Assembly: GCA_973895155.1 (NCBI GenBank)
Contig: OZ316891.1
Location: 21,837,168 to 21,901,167 of the forward strand
Length of the DNA stretch: 64,000 bases
Reading direction: 5' to 3'
DNA from: Marsupella aquatica
Taxonomy: Eukaryota > Plantae > Marchantiophyta
Made by a program: the position numbers and the translations under genes. The notes under the pieces were generated by a model. That model was not told where the DNA came from and did not search any database. It saw only the letters and a list, made by a program, of their open reading frames with translations. This document shows, piece by piece, positions 47,550 through 59,824 of the stretch. Position 1 is the stretch's first letter. Each line of letters opens with the position of its first letter.

Positions 47550-49733
47550 ACAACATGGCCGTCAGCCACTCATCTGGCCGCATTGAGCGCTTTAGCAAGC
47601 GGCCAGACTGTTTCTTTGCGTGAGTTCAAATCCACTTTCTACACTGTCATTTACAAATTGGAGTTGATGTATGGCAGCAATTTCACAAATGCATTTGTAT
47701 TTAAGCAACTAGCCAGGTATGTGCACCATGAGGCTTTGGATGTGTATGAGTAGCACTCTCAACGGCTGCTTGCTGTCACACAATTGCCTAACCTTGCCTA
47801 TGCCAGTGCAATTGCGGTAGCCTCACAATTGGCCTTATAGAATGCCATTGCAGCCCATGCTGCTGCTCTTGCCACTTCCCCTCCTACTCTAGTTCCTACC
47901 ATTGCGCCAGTTACTCCCACTGTGAGTCTTGGCACAGGCTACATCGGGCATTTCTCCCACCATTGATTCCCATGCCTTTGCTGATCCAATGGCTGAGTTT
48001 TTCCAGGTTCTTGAATTAGAATTCCCAATCAAGAGTGCTGACAAAATCATGCAGTTGGCCACCTTTGTGAGGCAGCGCGCTGAAACACTGAAGATGATGT
48101 ATTGTCGGCTTCTCAAGCTGAAAGAGGACACCCAGAGCATCACTGACCTAGAGGCTCGGGGGTCTCACTATATGGGGACCTCCCCATTGCCTGCAACGTT
48201 TTTAGGCCTCGGACCCCCTAAAATGTAAGAAAAAAAATTTATTTTTTAACCCCTATAAAGTTGGAATATTCTTGGAATATTCTAAAATTTGGATTAAAAA
48301 GACCCTTATATTCTTATAAGTCTCAAAATTGAATTTAAAAGACCCTATTGTTCTTCTACAAAAATTCTTAAGTCTTCCCTTAGAACCAATAAAATGACCC
48401 TATCCTTCGTCGCACGTGATATGCCATTTTTGTGGAAGTGAGACCCCCGAGCCTAGAGGCTGCTCATTGCTATCTTCATGCATCGGAGGGCACACCAGCT
48501 CTCCATTCGCAAGTGTTGCAGCAAGAATTCTCAGAGTTTGGAGATAGCTACACATTTCTCAATATCTATGAAACTGCTGAGAAACTTGAGTTGGCCCATG
48601 CACATTATGAGGCCAGTATTGCGTGTCCATCGTGATCCAGGTATCAGGCTGTTGCCTCCACACTGGCCACTCCTTCCAGTGTACCACAATATGGTCCAAT
48701 ACCAAGCAAGCACATGCTGCTTTCATGCTGCCATCGTGCAACTATTGTGGTAACCCTAATCACAAGGCTAATGAATGTGATATTATTGCTGAGGACCTAT
48801 CTTGTGATTTTTGTGGGAAAATGGGCCATTTGGAGGCAATTTGTTTTGCCAAATTCCTAGAGAGGAAGCAGCTACGACAACAGGCCCCTCATCCTGCTCC
48901 TGCTTCCACTCCCCCACCAGCTAGGAGGGCTCCTATTGCCTCAGTTGCTCCTCCTTCCAGTGGCAAAGCACCCGGTGCCAACAAATCGCCCAAGCAGCAA
49001 CAGAAGCAACCAGCTCAGAAGGAGGCTCACAACGCACAGGCAACTCAACTCCAATCTCTGACTCATGAGGTTAAGTCCTTACGTGCCAAACTTGCCAACA
49101 TCAAAGGCAAGTCCACTGCCTCTATTGGTCCTTCTCAACCGGCTGGTCACGTGCAACCCATCCCTGGTCCAGGCACCATTGATAGTTCAACACCTCTACC
49201 TCGCTTTTTCTATGGCTTGCCATTTGATGCTCATATGGGTGAGCATGTGTTGTCCTCTGCTACACAGCTTGGCCTTACAGCAAAATTTTCAGATTCATTC
49301 TGCCCATCCTATTTTGCTTACCAGCACGCTAGTACTGCCTCTCGTACTGCTCCCACACGCCGCATTGTACAGGCTGATGGTGTTGCTGCCGGTCCTATGA
49401 CTAGAGCTAAGGATGCTTGAGCTGTCATGCCCTAATCTTTTTAGCCACTCATGCTTGCTAAAGAGCGCATCTTGTTGGCGAGGGGGGAGGGAGCTGCAGC
49501 TACATCCATTCCACCACCAGGTGTTGCTGACATTTCACAGGGAGTTGTTTCTCTTGAGCTGCTTGAGCATTTCACCTCTGGTATGGCACAAAGGATTCTT
49601 ACAACACTTTTTAGTTGCCATGATTTACAATTGGATGCTAGAGCTCTCATCAAAGCGCTAGAGGGTTCACTACATTCTTCATCAGCCCCTGTGACACCGG
49701 TTTTGGAGGTCCAATCTCATGAACATACTGGAC
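47550..49733 (+). pseudogene. Gypsy gag with two CCHC zinc knuckles, interrupted by MITE copy 2
   Basis: DPMAEFFQVLELEF...FVRQRAETLKMMYCRL; CNYCGNPNHKANEC and CDFCGKMGHLEAIC (about 48737-48844); stops present. Confidence 0.8.
48155..48451. mobile_element. 297-bp MITE, copy 2
   Basis: Perfect 15-bp TIR CTCGGGGGTCTCACT/AGTGAGACCCCCGAG; 8-bp TSD CCTAGAGG (48147-48154, 48452-48459). Confidence 0.96.
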
Positions 49734-52382
49734 TGTGACAGGGCCCCAAACCCGATAGTAACTCAGTGATGACTTATAATAGCGTATATAGGTAGAAAGA
49801 TAAGTAGGTGTAGTAAAAGTGGTTGGATTTTCAAATTTTTTATTTTTGTTAGTTCTAATAAATGGATGCGACAACTGGAGGCCGGAGTTGAGAGGGGTGT
49901 AGGGCGGTGATGGATGACAAGGGAACCATTGAGGGGGTACAAGGAGGCCACAAGGCAGTCCAAGGACTTGGAGCCAAGGTGTGGGCATCTTGGAGGGGTG
50001 GGGGCTGGTCGGAGGCTCCACGTTTGACGCAAAATGGGAAGAATGACCAAAATATAGAAAACATTGAAACTTAAAACAGACGTTGCTGCGCTAGTACTAT
50101 TCCAAACATGGTCATGTTTGGATTCATTTTGAAGCCCTCAATGAGCCCCATGCGAAACTGAGGTTCTCTAGTTGATTTTAGGTTCATATCAAACAGTGAC
50201 ATCTTGAGGGACCTCAATGCCCGTAAAACGACAAACTAAGCAATCTTGGAGTAGTGATGGTGGGAGGGCCCTTAGAAGGGAGGGGTTCCCACACTTGTGT
50301 TCCCCTTCACCCTTTGTGTGGTTCTCACATGGTTTTTGCTCTCTTTCCCTTCCCCACTCCGTAGAGGGGCACTCCGTAGAAGAACACATCCGTAGAATGG
50401 GCCCTCACACTTTCTTCCTTCCCTTTTTCTTTATTCTCACTTGTGGGGTTTCTACCCATACCTAAACCCTAAACCCTTTCCCTCTTGTGCTTGCTTCCAC
50501 CGTGTGTACGGACCCTAGTTGTACAAACATCAGATTTTCGACCATCTCAAAATCAGGAGTCTACGGGCTTGTTGGAAAGAGCTCGTTGAGCTGAATCCAA
50601 CGATGTGTCACACGGCCAAAACAGAGCTAAGACGAGGGAGATACAACAAATCGCGATTTTTGAGAATACGGGGATTTTGAGGCCGTACGGACGTCCGTAT
50701 GGCAGGAAGTCCCGGCTTTGGAAGGAGGAGGTAGCAACACATACGGGGAACCCGTGATCCGTGTTTTGCAAAGCTGGGGCCCCTTGGTGTTGTACGGACG
50801 AAACGGAGGGAGACGGTCCCCTGAAAACTTAAACGACCATATCTTGGCCGTTTGACCTCCGTTTTGTGCACCGTTTACGGAGCCATGATCAAGAAGAGAA
50901 GGGCTCCTCAAATATGTTTTCAGAAGTGAATTCTGATAAAATTTTAGTTTCGACAATTATAGGGGCCCCCTCCTTTTACAACGGACCGGTGGTGGCGATC
51001 AAGAGGATTGAGGTGGGTAGGCAGGGTAGATAGATAGGATAGGAGGTGGTGGACTCAAGTGAATCCTTGTTTAGCGGAGTGGTATCCACTCCAATGGAGA
51101 GCGATGAGGAGACCAACTCAAGGGGCTCAAGCCAGGGCACCGTGAGTAAGGAGGAGGAGGAGCGATGAGGAGACCAACTCACGGGGCTCAAGCCAGGGCA
51201 CCGTGAGTGAGGAGGAGGAGTGATGAGAGACCGACTCACGGGGCTCAAGCCATGGCACCGTGAGTGAGGAGGAGGAGGACTAGGGTAGCCGTACGGACTT
51301 GTCATACGACCTCTGGATTTTGAAACTTTTTGGAAGGGTGCACTCACGGGCTTGTTGGAAGGAGCTCGCGGAGCTGATTTCAACAAGAAGCGGCGCTCCT
51401 CAAACGGAGCCAGGATGAGTAAATTAGAGCCCGACGAAGTTGGTGAGTAAGTGATACTGAAACGGCCATAACTTGGTCGTTCGACGTCCGTTTCAAGAGC
51501 GGTTTTGTGATTCATGATCAGGAGGAGTAGGGCTACCCAGAGGTGAGCTCAGAGGTGCACTCAGAGTGGCACCTAGTTTCGGCAATTGTGGGGTCCCTTG
51601 CATTTTCGCGGTTCACGGAGCAATGTTGGGGCGCCATCGAAGGCATCGTCAGTCCCATTGTTAGATTAGGGTTTGAGGAGCATGTGTGTGTCGCATGCTT
51701 TAGGATTAGGGATTTCTTTTGTGAAGGTTTTAGCGGTGCCGCTAGGGTAGCCGCCATCCTTGTGACCCCGTGAGGGGTGCTTTGGTGTGTTGTTTTGAGT
51801 ATTTAGGGGGAGAGCCCCGTAGTAGTGAGGGGGGGAACTCAGTCTAGTGTTGGTATTAGGGAAGTTAGCTCATAGCCAGAAGGGCAATTCAAGCCAGACT
51901 AGTGAGGTAGAGGTGTAGCGCTTGCCCCAGCGAGGCAGGAGTTGGGCAGACGGCAGGAGGCTGGGTTGTCCTTGCAATGTGTTACCATTTTTTGCCAAAA
52001 GATATGGATTTGGTTTGATTCCTCAAATTTTGGTGTGGCGTTATCTTTTTCGGCTCACGATTGTGTTCTTTCCCAAGAAGTGTCTAAGGAATACTTGCAC
52101 GGATTGGTCGACTGTGTGAGTAGGGGGGGTGGTGACAGCACTCCACCAGCGACCAGTAGGAGTGTGTGTGTGGCGTAGTCCATGGGACTTGATCAAAAGC
52201 AGAGGGGCTAGTCGGTAGACTTGATCAAAAATTACACTTCTGGGAGCGGAATCAAACATACTCATCCTACATGCAATAGAATCCTAATAGCGTCCCTCCA
52301 CGTTCCCGTCATACGATAACAAACAATTTTAGTAGGAGGAAACACGTATTTGTCGTGTAAATCGTTTGATAAGCAGGTGACA
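49734..52382. mobile_element. 2649-bp solo-LTR-like insertion between gag and protease
   Basis: TGTGAC...GTGACA termini; 5-bp TSD TGGAC (49729-49733, 52383-52387); removing it restores the frame HEHTG-PSSSPLH. Confidence 0.87.
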
Positions 52383-52619
52383 TGGACCTTCTTCTTCTCC
52401 ATTACATGTTTCCACTAGTTTGGCTGCCCTTTTACCGATTGCTGCTGATTGTGTGACCAGAGCTACACTTAATTCTGGTCATGCTGCTCCATCTTTCTGG
52501 GCTATGTTGTTGAGTGGAAAGACCGTGGACACTAACTCCCTTCACAAGGTACCTCATCATTTGCCGAGAGTGGTGCCTAGTGATAGGACTTCAGTTTCCA
52601 CCACCATTGCCATTGTTGA

Positions 52620-52960
52620 CAACAAGAATTCAGTGGTCAAGTTGGAGGGTCACACTCCTCAGGTGGTCATGCTAGGCACAGGCGCTCAACCAATGATCTT
52701 GGGCATTCAGTTTGCCAAGAAGATGAGACTCCTGACTGATCATTTATAGCAATCTAGGTGGCACATTCGGACTGCTAATGGCACTGTGGAGGATGTGTTG
52801 GGTGAGAGTTCAATTTTACTCACTCTCACTTTTAATGGAGGTATAGATCAGGAATTGCATTTCCCACTCAGATGTTTGGTTACCAATGCCACGACATATG
52901 ATGTGCTCATTGGCCAAGAGGCTTTGTTCCCACCAGGTTTTACCATTGACAACTGGCATG
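52620..52960 (+). pseudogene. Retrotransposon aspartic protease (catalytic D replaced by G)
   Basis: VMLGTGAQPMI (consensus LDTGA), IRTANG flap, YDVLIGQEAL; stop at 52747-52749. Confidence 0.78.
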
Positions 52961-53337
52961 AGCATGCATACTACATAGTTGATTGGCATACTGATGGCTC
53001 ACACTTGGGCTACATTCCACTTGATTTGCATGGTGCCCATACACCTATGGCTCACCACTGTGTGTTGAAAGAAGTGCACACAACTACCTATGTCAACCAC
53101 CCATTGCACGATTGGATTGAGAAGGATGACGATGAGGTGGCTACTACACATGCTGCTGCACATATAGCAGCACTTTCTAGCAACGTGGATCATCAACCAG
53201 AGGTGGTACAACGACTTCAAGTAGCCCATGGACCTTTGGTGGCTGCATTGTGCAAGTTTGAAGACCTTGGGCAGCACAATGGACAGCCAATAGCCCCAAT
53301 CTTGAGCGCACCAGTTACATGGACTCCTCCTCCAGAT

Positions 53338-54260
53338 GGCCTTACATTGCTTGAACTTTTTGGTGGCATTTCTACAGGCCTAGAATCTCTCCTACAATCT
53401 GGCATGGTGGTGAGGTAGTACATCTACGTGGATATTGATCCAAGTGCAAGACAAGTGGCTGAATCCTGTCTGCTGGAATTTTCAAAGCGATTTCCCCAGC
53501 AATTTCCACACAGTGCATGGAAGTTTGCCTTTTCTTTCTTCCCTCTAGATATCCAGCACCGACACTTAACCCTTCTTGGCTCCCTTGATTTGATCATAGC
53601 TGGTTGGGAATGCCAAGGATTTTCAGCTGCTGGTCACGATGTTGGATTGCACATTGATTCTTGTTCTGGCCTTTTCACAGCATTGGTTCAGGTTCTTACC
53701 TGGGCTCAGGCCCTCTACCCTGTTGTTGGTTACATCATTGAGAATACTCCATCTCAGTTTGACCAACATCCACAGGTCAAAGAGGATTTCAGTATGGTCC
53801 AACACTACTTGGGACCACCCCTTCTCATTGATGCAGTGCACTATGGTTCTTATGCACATCATCTTTGTAACTTTTGGACTAACCTTGCACCACCTTCCTT
53901 GCTGGAGTTAGCTCTTCACCACACATCCAAGGACACTAACCTCACAGTGGACCAGATTTTGGATACTGCCAGTTCTTGCCAACCAGCTACACGACAGGAG
54001 CCAGCCCCTTGGTATCCAGCCAATACCATTGGAGAGCCCCGTGCTGCTTGGCCTACATTTGTGTCCTTTCCAGGTGCCCATGCTTTTCAGGGTGATGGTC
54101 CTGGCCTGGTTTATCGACATTCTACCAGTACATGGGATGAACCTAGTCCTGAGGAGAGAGAACGGGCTATGGGCTTCCAATCCGGTCCTACAGGCCACAC
54201 CCAAATCACCAGGCTGGCCAGGAATGCTTTACTTGGCAGGGTAATGGATCTCAATGCTCT
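53338..54260 (+). pseudogene. C5 DNA cytosine-methyltransferase domain embedded in Gypsy pol between protease and RT
   Basis: Motifs in canonical order: I LELFGGISTG; II YIYVDID; III LDI; IV DLIIAGWECQGFSAAG; V SGLF; VI YIIENT; VII/VIII IDA..GSYAHHLCNFWTN; IX EERERAMGF; X RNALLGR. Same reading frame as the protease, with one TAG at 53416-53418. Confidence 0.88.
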
Positions 54261-54659
54261 CACTTGGCTTCTGGTCACTTGCATCCTTTTTCAGATGTAC
54301 ATTCATCCAACATCAGGAGTTCCAGCCCTACCACTCCATGGAGCTGCTACATGGCATCCAGACCAGGTGCACGTACCTCTATTCAACACTCACCACTTCA
54401 GTCCAACTATCGGGGGGGAGGAGGTCCCTTGTAACATGGCTGACAATATTTCTGAGTTTCATGGTGTGGACCAACCCAGATCAGCAGGTACAACAGGCCT
54501 TGGAGAGGCCTCATCACCTTATCAGCACCATGCTAGCAGCTTGGACAATGGAGAGGCTGGCACTTTTGGCTCTTCAAGCACCCGAGTACATCAGGTCCTA
54601 TTCCTAGTGTTTCCAACTACACATTCATCATGGGCAACCACCTAAGTAAAAGATAGAAG

Positions 54660-56655
54660 GACCAGCTGCTGAATTTGCTCCTCAAGCATGAGAATGTGTT
54701 TGCTTTCTCTATGAAGGACTTGGGTAAGTGCAAGACTATGCAGTTCCCCATTGAGTTGGCTGATGAAACACCTATCTTCAAGCGGAGACACCGTTTGAGT
54801 AAGCATGAGTGGCAGCTGGTGGATGAGAGGTGCCAAGAGCTCTATGAAGCTGGTCTTATTGAGCCATCTACATCAGATTTTGTAGCAGCTACAGTGATGC
54901 CAACAAAGAAGGATTTCAGTGGATTGTGGACAGAGAAGCGCATGTGTGGGGACTATAGGCCACTGAACCTGGTCACACCCCAGGACAGGTATCCCATGCC
55001 ACGGCCAGAGGAGCTATTTGACAGCATTGGAGACTCAGACATCTTTACTCTTGTGGATCTAAGGCAAGGCTTTAACCAGATTTTGCTGCTTGCAAAGGAC
55101 CGCAAGAAAAAAAATTTCCATGGTAGTAACCAACTAAGTATGGGAGTGGTTGGTGATGCCATTTGGCTTGAAGAATGCGCCCATATTCTTTCAAAGAGTC
55201 ATGGACCAGGTTCTTCAAGGTGCTGAGTTTCTAAAATGCTACATTGATGATGTGTTGGTCCACAGCAAAGGATTTGACCAGCATCTACTTGACCTTGAGG
55301 AGCTATTCTTGAGGCTTAAGAAGGTGAACCTAAAGATACACCCCAAGAAGTGTGAATTTGCTGTCAGATCAATAATATACCTTGGGCATCGCATTATTCC
55401 AAATGGAACCATGGCTCACTGGGCAAGGTAGTATCCATCTTGGAAATGCCCACTCCTACTGATGTTCACACTTTTAGGAGCTTTATTGGGTTGTGCAATT
55501 ACTACCGGATCTACATCAAAGATTTCAGTACCATTGCACACCCATTGTACTCTTTGTTGAAAAAGAATGTGACTTGGACATGGAGTACAGATGTTGAGGC
55601 AGCATTTGCCACTTTGAAGGAGAAGCTCTCAGAATACCCGGTGTTGAGAAGACCTGATTTTAGCAAGGTCTTTGTGCTACACACAGATTGGAGTGCCCTT
55701 GAGATTGGTGCCATTTTGGGCCATCATGATGAGGAAGGTAAAGAGTACGTCATTGCCTATGCATCCAAGAGCAACAATCAGGCAAAGAGTCATTATTCTT
55801 CTTATGAGGGTGAATGCCTTGCTGTTGTGTGGGCTGTCATACATTACAGGCCCTACCTCTATGGGACCAGATTTACTCTCTACACCAACCACCAGCCCTT
55901 GAAGTGGTTGATGACTAACGAAAGCTTACTGGCAAGCTTGCTTGTTGGACACTCATACTCTAGGAGTATGACTTTGAGGTAATTCATAGGCCTGGTGTGA
56001 CACATCAGAATGCTGACACTATGTTCTGCACCCTTTTGATTACCTCTGATGATTCCTCAGATGCACGACAGGATTTTGACCAGGTTTCCATCCTACCTGC
56101 ATTTCATGCATCTACCTATCTTGCTTTGCTGCCATGCTACGTTGTTGACCAACCTGTGGTGGACATATGGGAGGACAACAATACTCTGAGATTTCTACAG
56201 CATGGAGAATACCCCACACATGTCACTGCAGCCCAGAGAGACCAAATTCAATAGAGGTCCAAGCGCTACTTGTGGAAGGGAGATCATCTTGTGCGCTGCT
56301 TGCCAGACAGGGAAGTGGTGGTTCCACCCATTCATGAGAGGGTTAGCCCTATCCGTAAGGTACATTCTAAGCTTGGTCATTTTGGCATTAAGAGGACTTA
56401 CAGCCTCTTGGTTCCCCATTATCATTGGAGAGGCATGCATGGCCAGGTTTGGGATGTTATTGCCTGGTGTGAATAGTGTGATAGGTGAGGACTTTTTTCA
56501 CATCTCAGCAACCCACACTTCATCCATTCCCTATTCAAGGCATGTTTCATCGTTGCTCATGTGATTTGGCTGGAGAATTGCCCCTCACATCTCGGGGTAA
56601 TCTCTACATCATGATCATGATAGAGCATTTCTCCAAGTGGATAGAACTTGTGGCA
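54660..56655 (+). pseudogene. Ty3/Gypsy RT, RNase H and integrase N-terminus
   Basis: RMCGDYRPLN, QDRYPMP, MPFGLKNAP, YIDD, TDWS, YEGECLAVVWA, H-x4-H...C-x2-C, IEHFSKWIEL; frameshifts and stops; cut at 56656 by an LTR. Confidence 0.94.
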
Positions 56656-57792
56656 TGTCACACCATTCTAGGTAGTGTTAGAGTGTATCGTACTATCTAG
56701 ATCCGTATATTTGGTATGTGTGCTATATGAGCCGATAAGGTTCCGTTAGGTTTGTGTGAGAGGGTACTTCTCACTTGTGAGGCATTGAAAAGTCATCTTT
56801 CAATGTTGAGCCTTGGAGAGAGAGGAGCTTGAGTGTGGCTATGGTGGCTGTGAGCTCCGCTTGTGTAACATGGATTCCTTGAGTAGTGCAAGGTGCATTG
56901 GCTTAACATACGTGTGTGATTGGATCGGTGCGGAATCGATGGGGTATTGTTGACCGGGATCGTTGTGCCGATTGTTGAGGAGATTACATTGAAAGATCAT
57001 GAGCTTCAAACTCTATTGTGCAGACAGAAGCTCAGTTTGAGTTTGTCGTTGACGGTGACGGTTCGTGGTAGCTCAAATCAATTGGATTTGTGTTTGACGC
57101 GGATTCATGTTTCTTGAATCGTTGGTTCAGATATTGTTTGAGTACACTGTTGCTATTCGATCTGGTTTTGGCCAAGCTTGAACGTTGTTGGATCTGGATC
57201 TGGTCTAGATCTGGATCTGGATTGAGTCGGAGTCTAGATCTGGAAAGAGATGGCCAAAGGTTGCTGCTTGTATTGCGCTGCTATTTTGTGGACAGGTCTG
57301 TTGGAATTTTGAGTGCTCGAAGCGTTTTATTGTCAAGGGACGCTTGCGGAATGTCCCAAAACTGTGTGCGACAGGTTTGCGGAGGTCGAGAGCCATCAAC
57401 GTTGCCATTTTTGTGAAGGAAATTGCTGCTTTTGAGTGGCAAATATTGCCATTTTTGAGCCCGACGACTTTTGTTTTGTGTACACACACAACTGTGCGCG
57501 CATAAGGCGAATCGCAAGGTCATCCATCCCAGGACTATTTCGAGTCGCAAGCGCAAGGTGAAGTGCAAGGTCACCCATCCTGGGACTATTCCGAATTGCG
57601 AGCACAAGGCGAAGCGCAAGGCCACCCATCCCGGGGCTATTCCCAGCCGCGAGCGTTTAACTGGCAAGTTCTCATCCCACCTTGTGTACACACAAGCTTT
57701 CACAACTTGTTGTTTAGATTCAAGCCCCAGGGGGCTTTATACACTTTTCGGTTTGCTTAGAGCCTTGTTTCGGGCCAAATCAGAGGCTCTTT
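56656..57792 (+). mobile_element. Partial LTR inserted into the integrase
   Basis: GTGGCA|TGTCACACC here versus the uninterrupted GTGGCATTGCCG at about 58842 in the sister copy; homologous to 60141 onward. Confidence 0.72.
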
Positions 57793-58027
57793 CACTACTA
57801 CATATTTGCCAATTTTGCGAAGGCGTTTTACAAGAGGAAGAAAGCTTTGCAAGATTAATCTCATCGCTAACCTTGCGATACGATACGTATCGCACTTAGC
57901 GAATCTACACATATCGCAACACATAATTGCGAAACTTAGACCATCGCAACATTTTACGACACTTCAGGTATCGCAAAACATTTCCGAAGCAATTACCATT
58001 GAACAAGTTAGCGATCTTTACCACTTC
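57793..58027 (-). mobile_element. 235-bp duplicated terminus of CACTA-2 with intact TIR
   Basis: CACTACTACATATTTGCC followed by TTGCGA/TCGCAA repeats. Confidence 0.9.
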
Positions 58028-58029
58028 AT

Positions 58030-59824
58030 TACATTACAGGCCCTACCTCTATGGGACCAGGTTTGTTCTCTACACCGACCACCAGCCCTTGAAGTGGTTG
58101 ATGACCAACGACAAGCTTACTGGCAAGCTTGCTCTTTGGGCACTCATACTCCAGGAGTATGATTTTGAGGTAATTCATAGGCCTGGTGTGACACATCAAA
58201 ATGCTGACACTATGTCCCACAGCCCTTTGATTGCCTCTGATGATCCCTCAGATGCACGGCAGGATTTTGACCAGGTTTCCATCCTGCCTACATTTCATGC
58301 ATCTACCTATCTTGCTTTGCTGCCATGCTACATCGTTGACCAACCTGTGGTGGACATATGGAAGGACAGCGACACTCTGAGATTTTTGCAGCATGGGGAG
58401 TACCCCACCCATGTTACTGCTGCCCAGAGAGACCGAATTCAGCAAAGGTCCAAGCGCTACTTGTGGAAGGGAGATCATCTTGTGCGCTGCTTGCCAGACA
58501 GGGAAGTGGTGGTTCCACCCATTCATGAGAGGGTTGGCCTTATCCGTAAGGTACATTTTGAGCTTGGTCATTTTGGTGTTAAGAGGACTTATAGCCTCTT
58601 GGTCCCCCATTATCATTGGAAAGGCATGCATGGCCAGGTTCGAGATGTTATTGCCCGATGTGAGCAGTGTGATAGGGTAAGGACTTCTTTCACATCTCGG
58701 CAACCCACACTTCATCCACTCCCTATTCAGGGCATGTTTTATCGTTGGTCATGTGATTTGGCTGGAGAATTACCCCTCACATCTTGGGGTAATCTCTACA
58801 TCATGATCATGATAGAGCATTTCTCCAAGTGGATAGAACTTGTGGCATTGCCGGATAAGACCTCCCGTAGCACCAGCCAGGCATTCCTAGAACAAGTTCT
58901 CAGCCGCTTTGGAGCTTGTGCAGAATGTCTCACTGACCAGGGCTCAGAGTTTAGAGGAGAGTTCCAGGAGCTGCTTGATCAGGCCCTCATTGATCATCGC
59001 TGGACATCACGAGATCACCCATAGGCAGATGGCTTGGCAGAGCGCATGGTTTAGACATGCAAGAAGGGCCTTCGGAAGATCTGCCTCACCAAAAACAAGG
59101 AGGATTGGGACCTGGCCTTACCCTACATTACCATGGGGTATAGGATGTCTAGACATGCATCACTGTCTAACTTTTCTCCCTACTTCTTGTTGTTTGGTCG
59201 TCACCCAGTTCCACCTTCTGCTATTGCTGCTCACATGCTTCAGGTGGTGGACTTGGATTCAGCTGTGACTTGGTCTGATGTGATCTCTGAGAGGGCTGCC
59301 CTATTCAGGAGGGTTATGCCCATGGCCATGGAGAATTTGGCCATTGCACAGCACAGGGACACATTGCGTTATGCACACACACGACGGGGCACTTTTCAGC
59401 CCAAGGTCAGGAAGTTTGATGTGGGAGATTTTGTGTACTTGCAGCGGCAAGCTAACGACACCCTGGACACCTCTACCAGTCGTACTATTCTCAAGGTTAA
59501 AGCTATTCGACCGTCTGGAGTGCTGACAGGTCAAAGCGGTCGAATAGCGTCTGGAGTGTTGACAATAAGCGCATAATTGTTGACAATGCCAAGAACTGCG
59601 CCCCTTGTCATCTGCCTAACCTGGATCCCACCATTGTGACTTCTACTTGGATTCCACCTGTGGACTACCCTTGCAAAGTGTGTTTGCGAATTGATGATGC
59701 TGACCAGATGTTGCTGTGTGACAATTGCAATGGAGGGTACCATCTTTTCTGCCTTTGGCCTGAACTTACTCAGGTGCCAAAAGGATTATGGTTTTGCCCT
59801 TCCTGTGCTCCACGTGCTACCTGA
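58030..59824 (+). pseudogene. Sister Gypsy copy: RNase H end, integrase and C-terminal PHD finger
   Basis: Closely similar to 55840-56655 but less decayed; HFELGHFG...CEQC, CDLAG, LTDQGSEF, DGLAER, SPYFLLFG; PHD CKVC...LLCDNC...YHLFCL...WFCPSC at about 59672-59805. Confidence 0.92.

Larger units (their letters stand above)
49547..58027 (+). repeat. Right arm of the large inverted duplication
   Basis: Reverse complement of 28523-37308, without the MITE. Confidence 0.97.

Noticed and set aside
53338-54260. Bacterial restriction-modification methylase (contamination) or host DRM/CMT gene
   Set aside because: It is in frame with the retroviral-type protease, has no partner nuclease or introns, no UBA/BAH/chromo domain, and no DRM motif permutation.
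28523-58027. Inverted duplication as a pure assembly artefact
   Set aside because: The arms differ by substitutions and a TSD-flanked MITE, and one junction has a templated insert. Unlikely, though not excluded without reads.
57927-59024. 365-aa ORF as a novel fusion protein
   Set aside because: The first ~34 codons are non-coding CACTA subterminal DNA joined by the rearrangement to RNase H and integrase.
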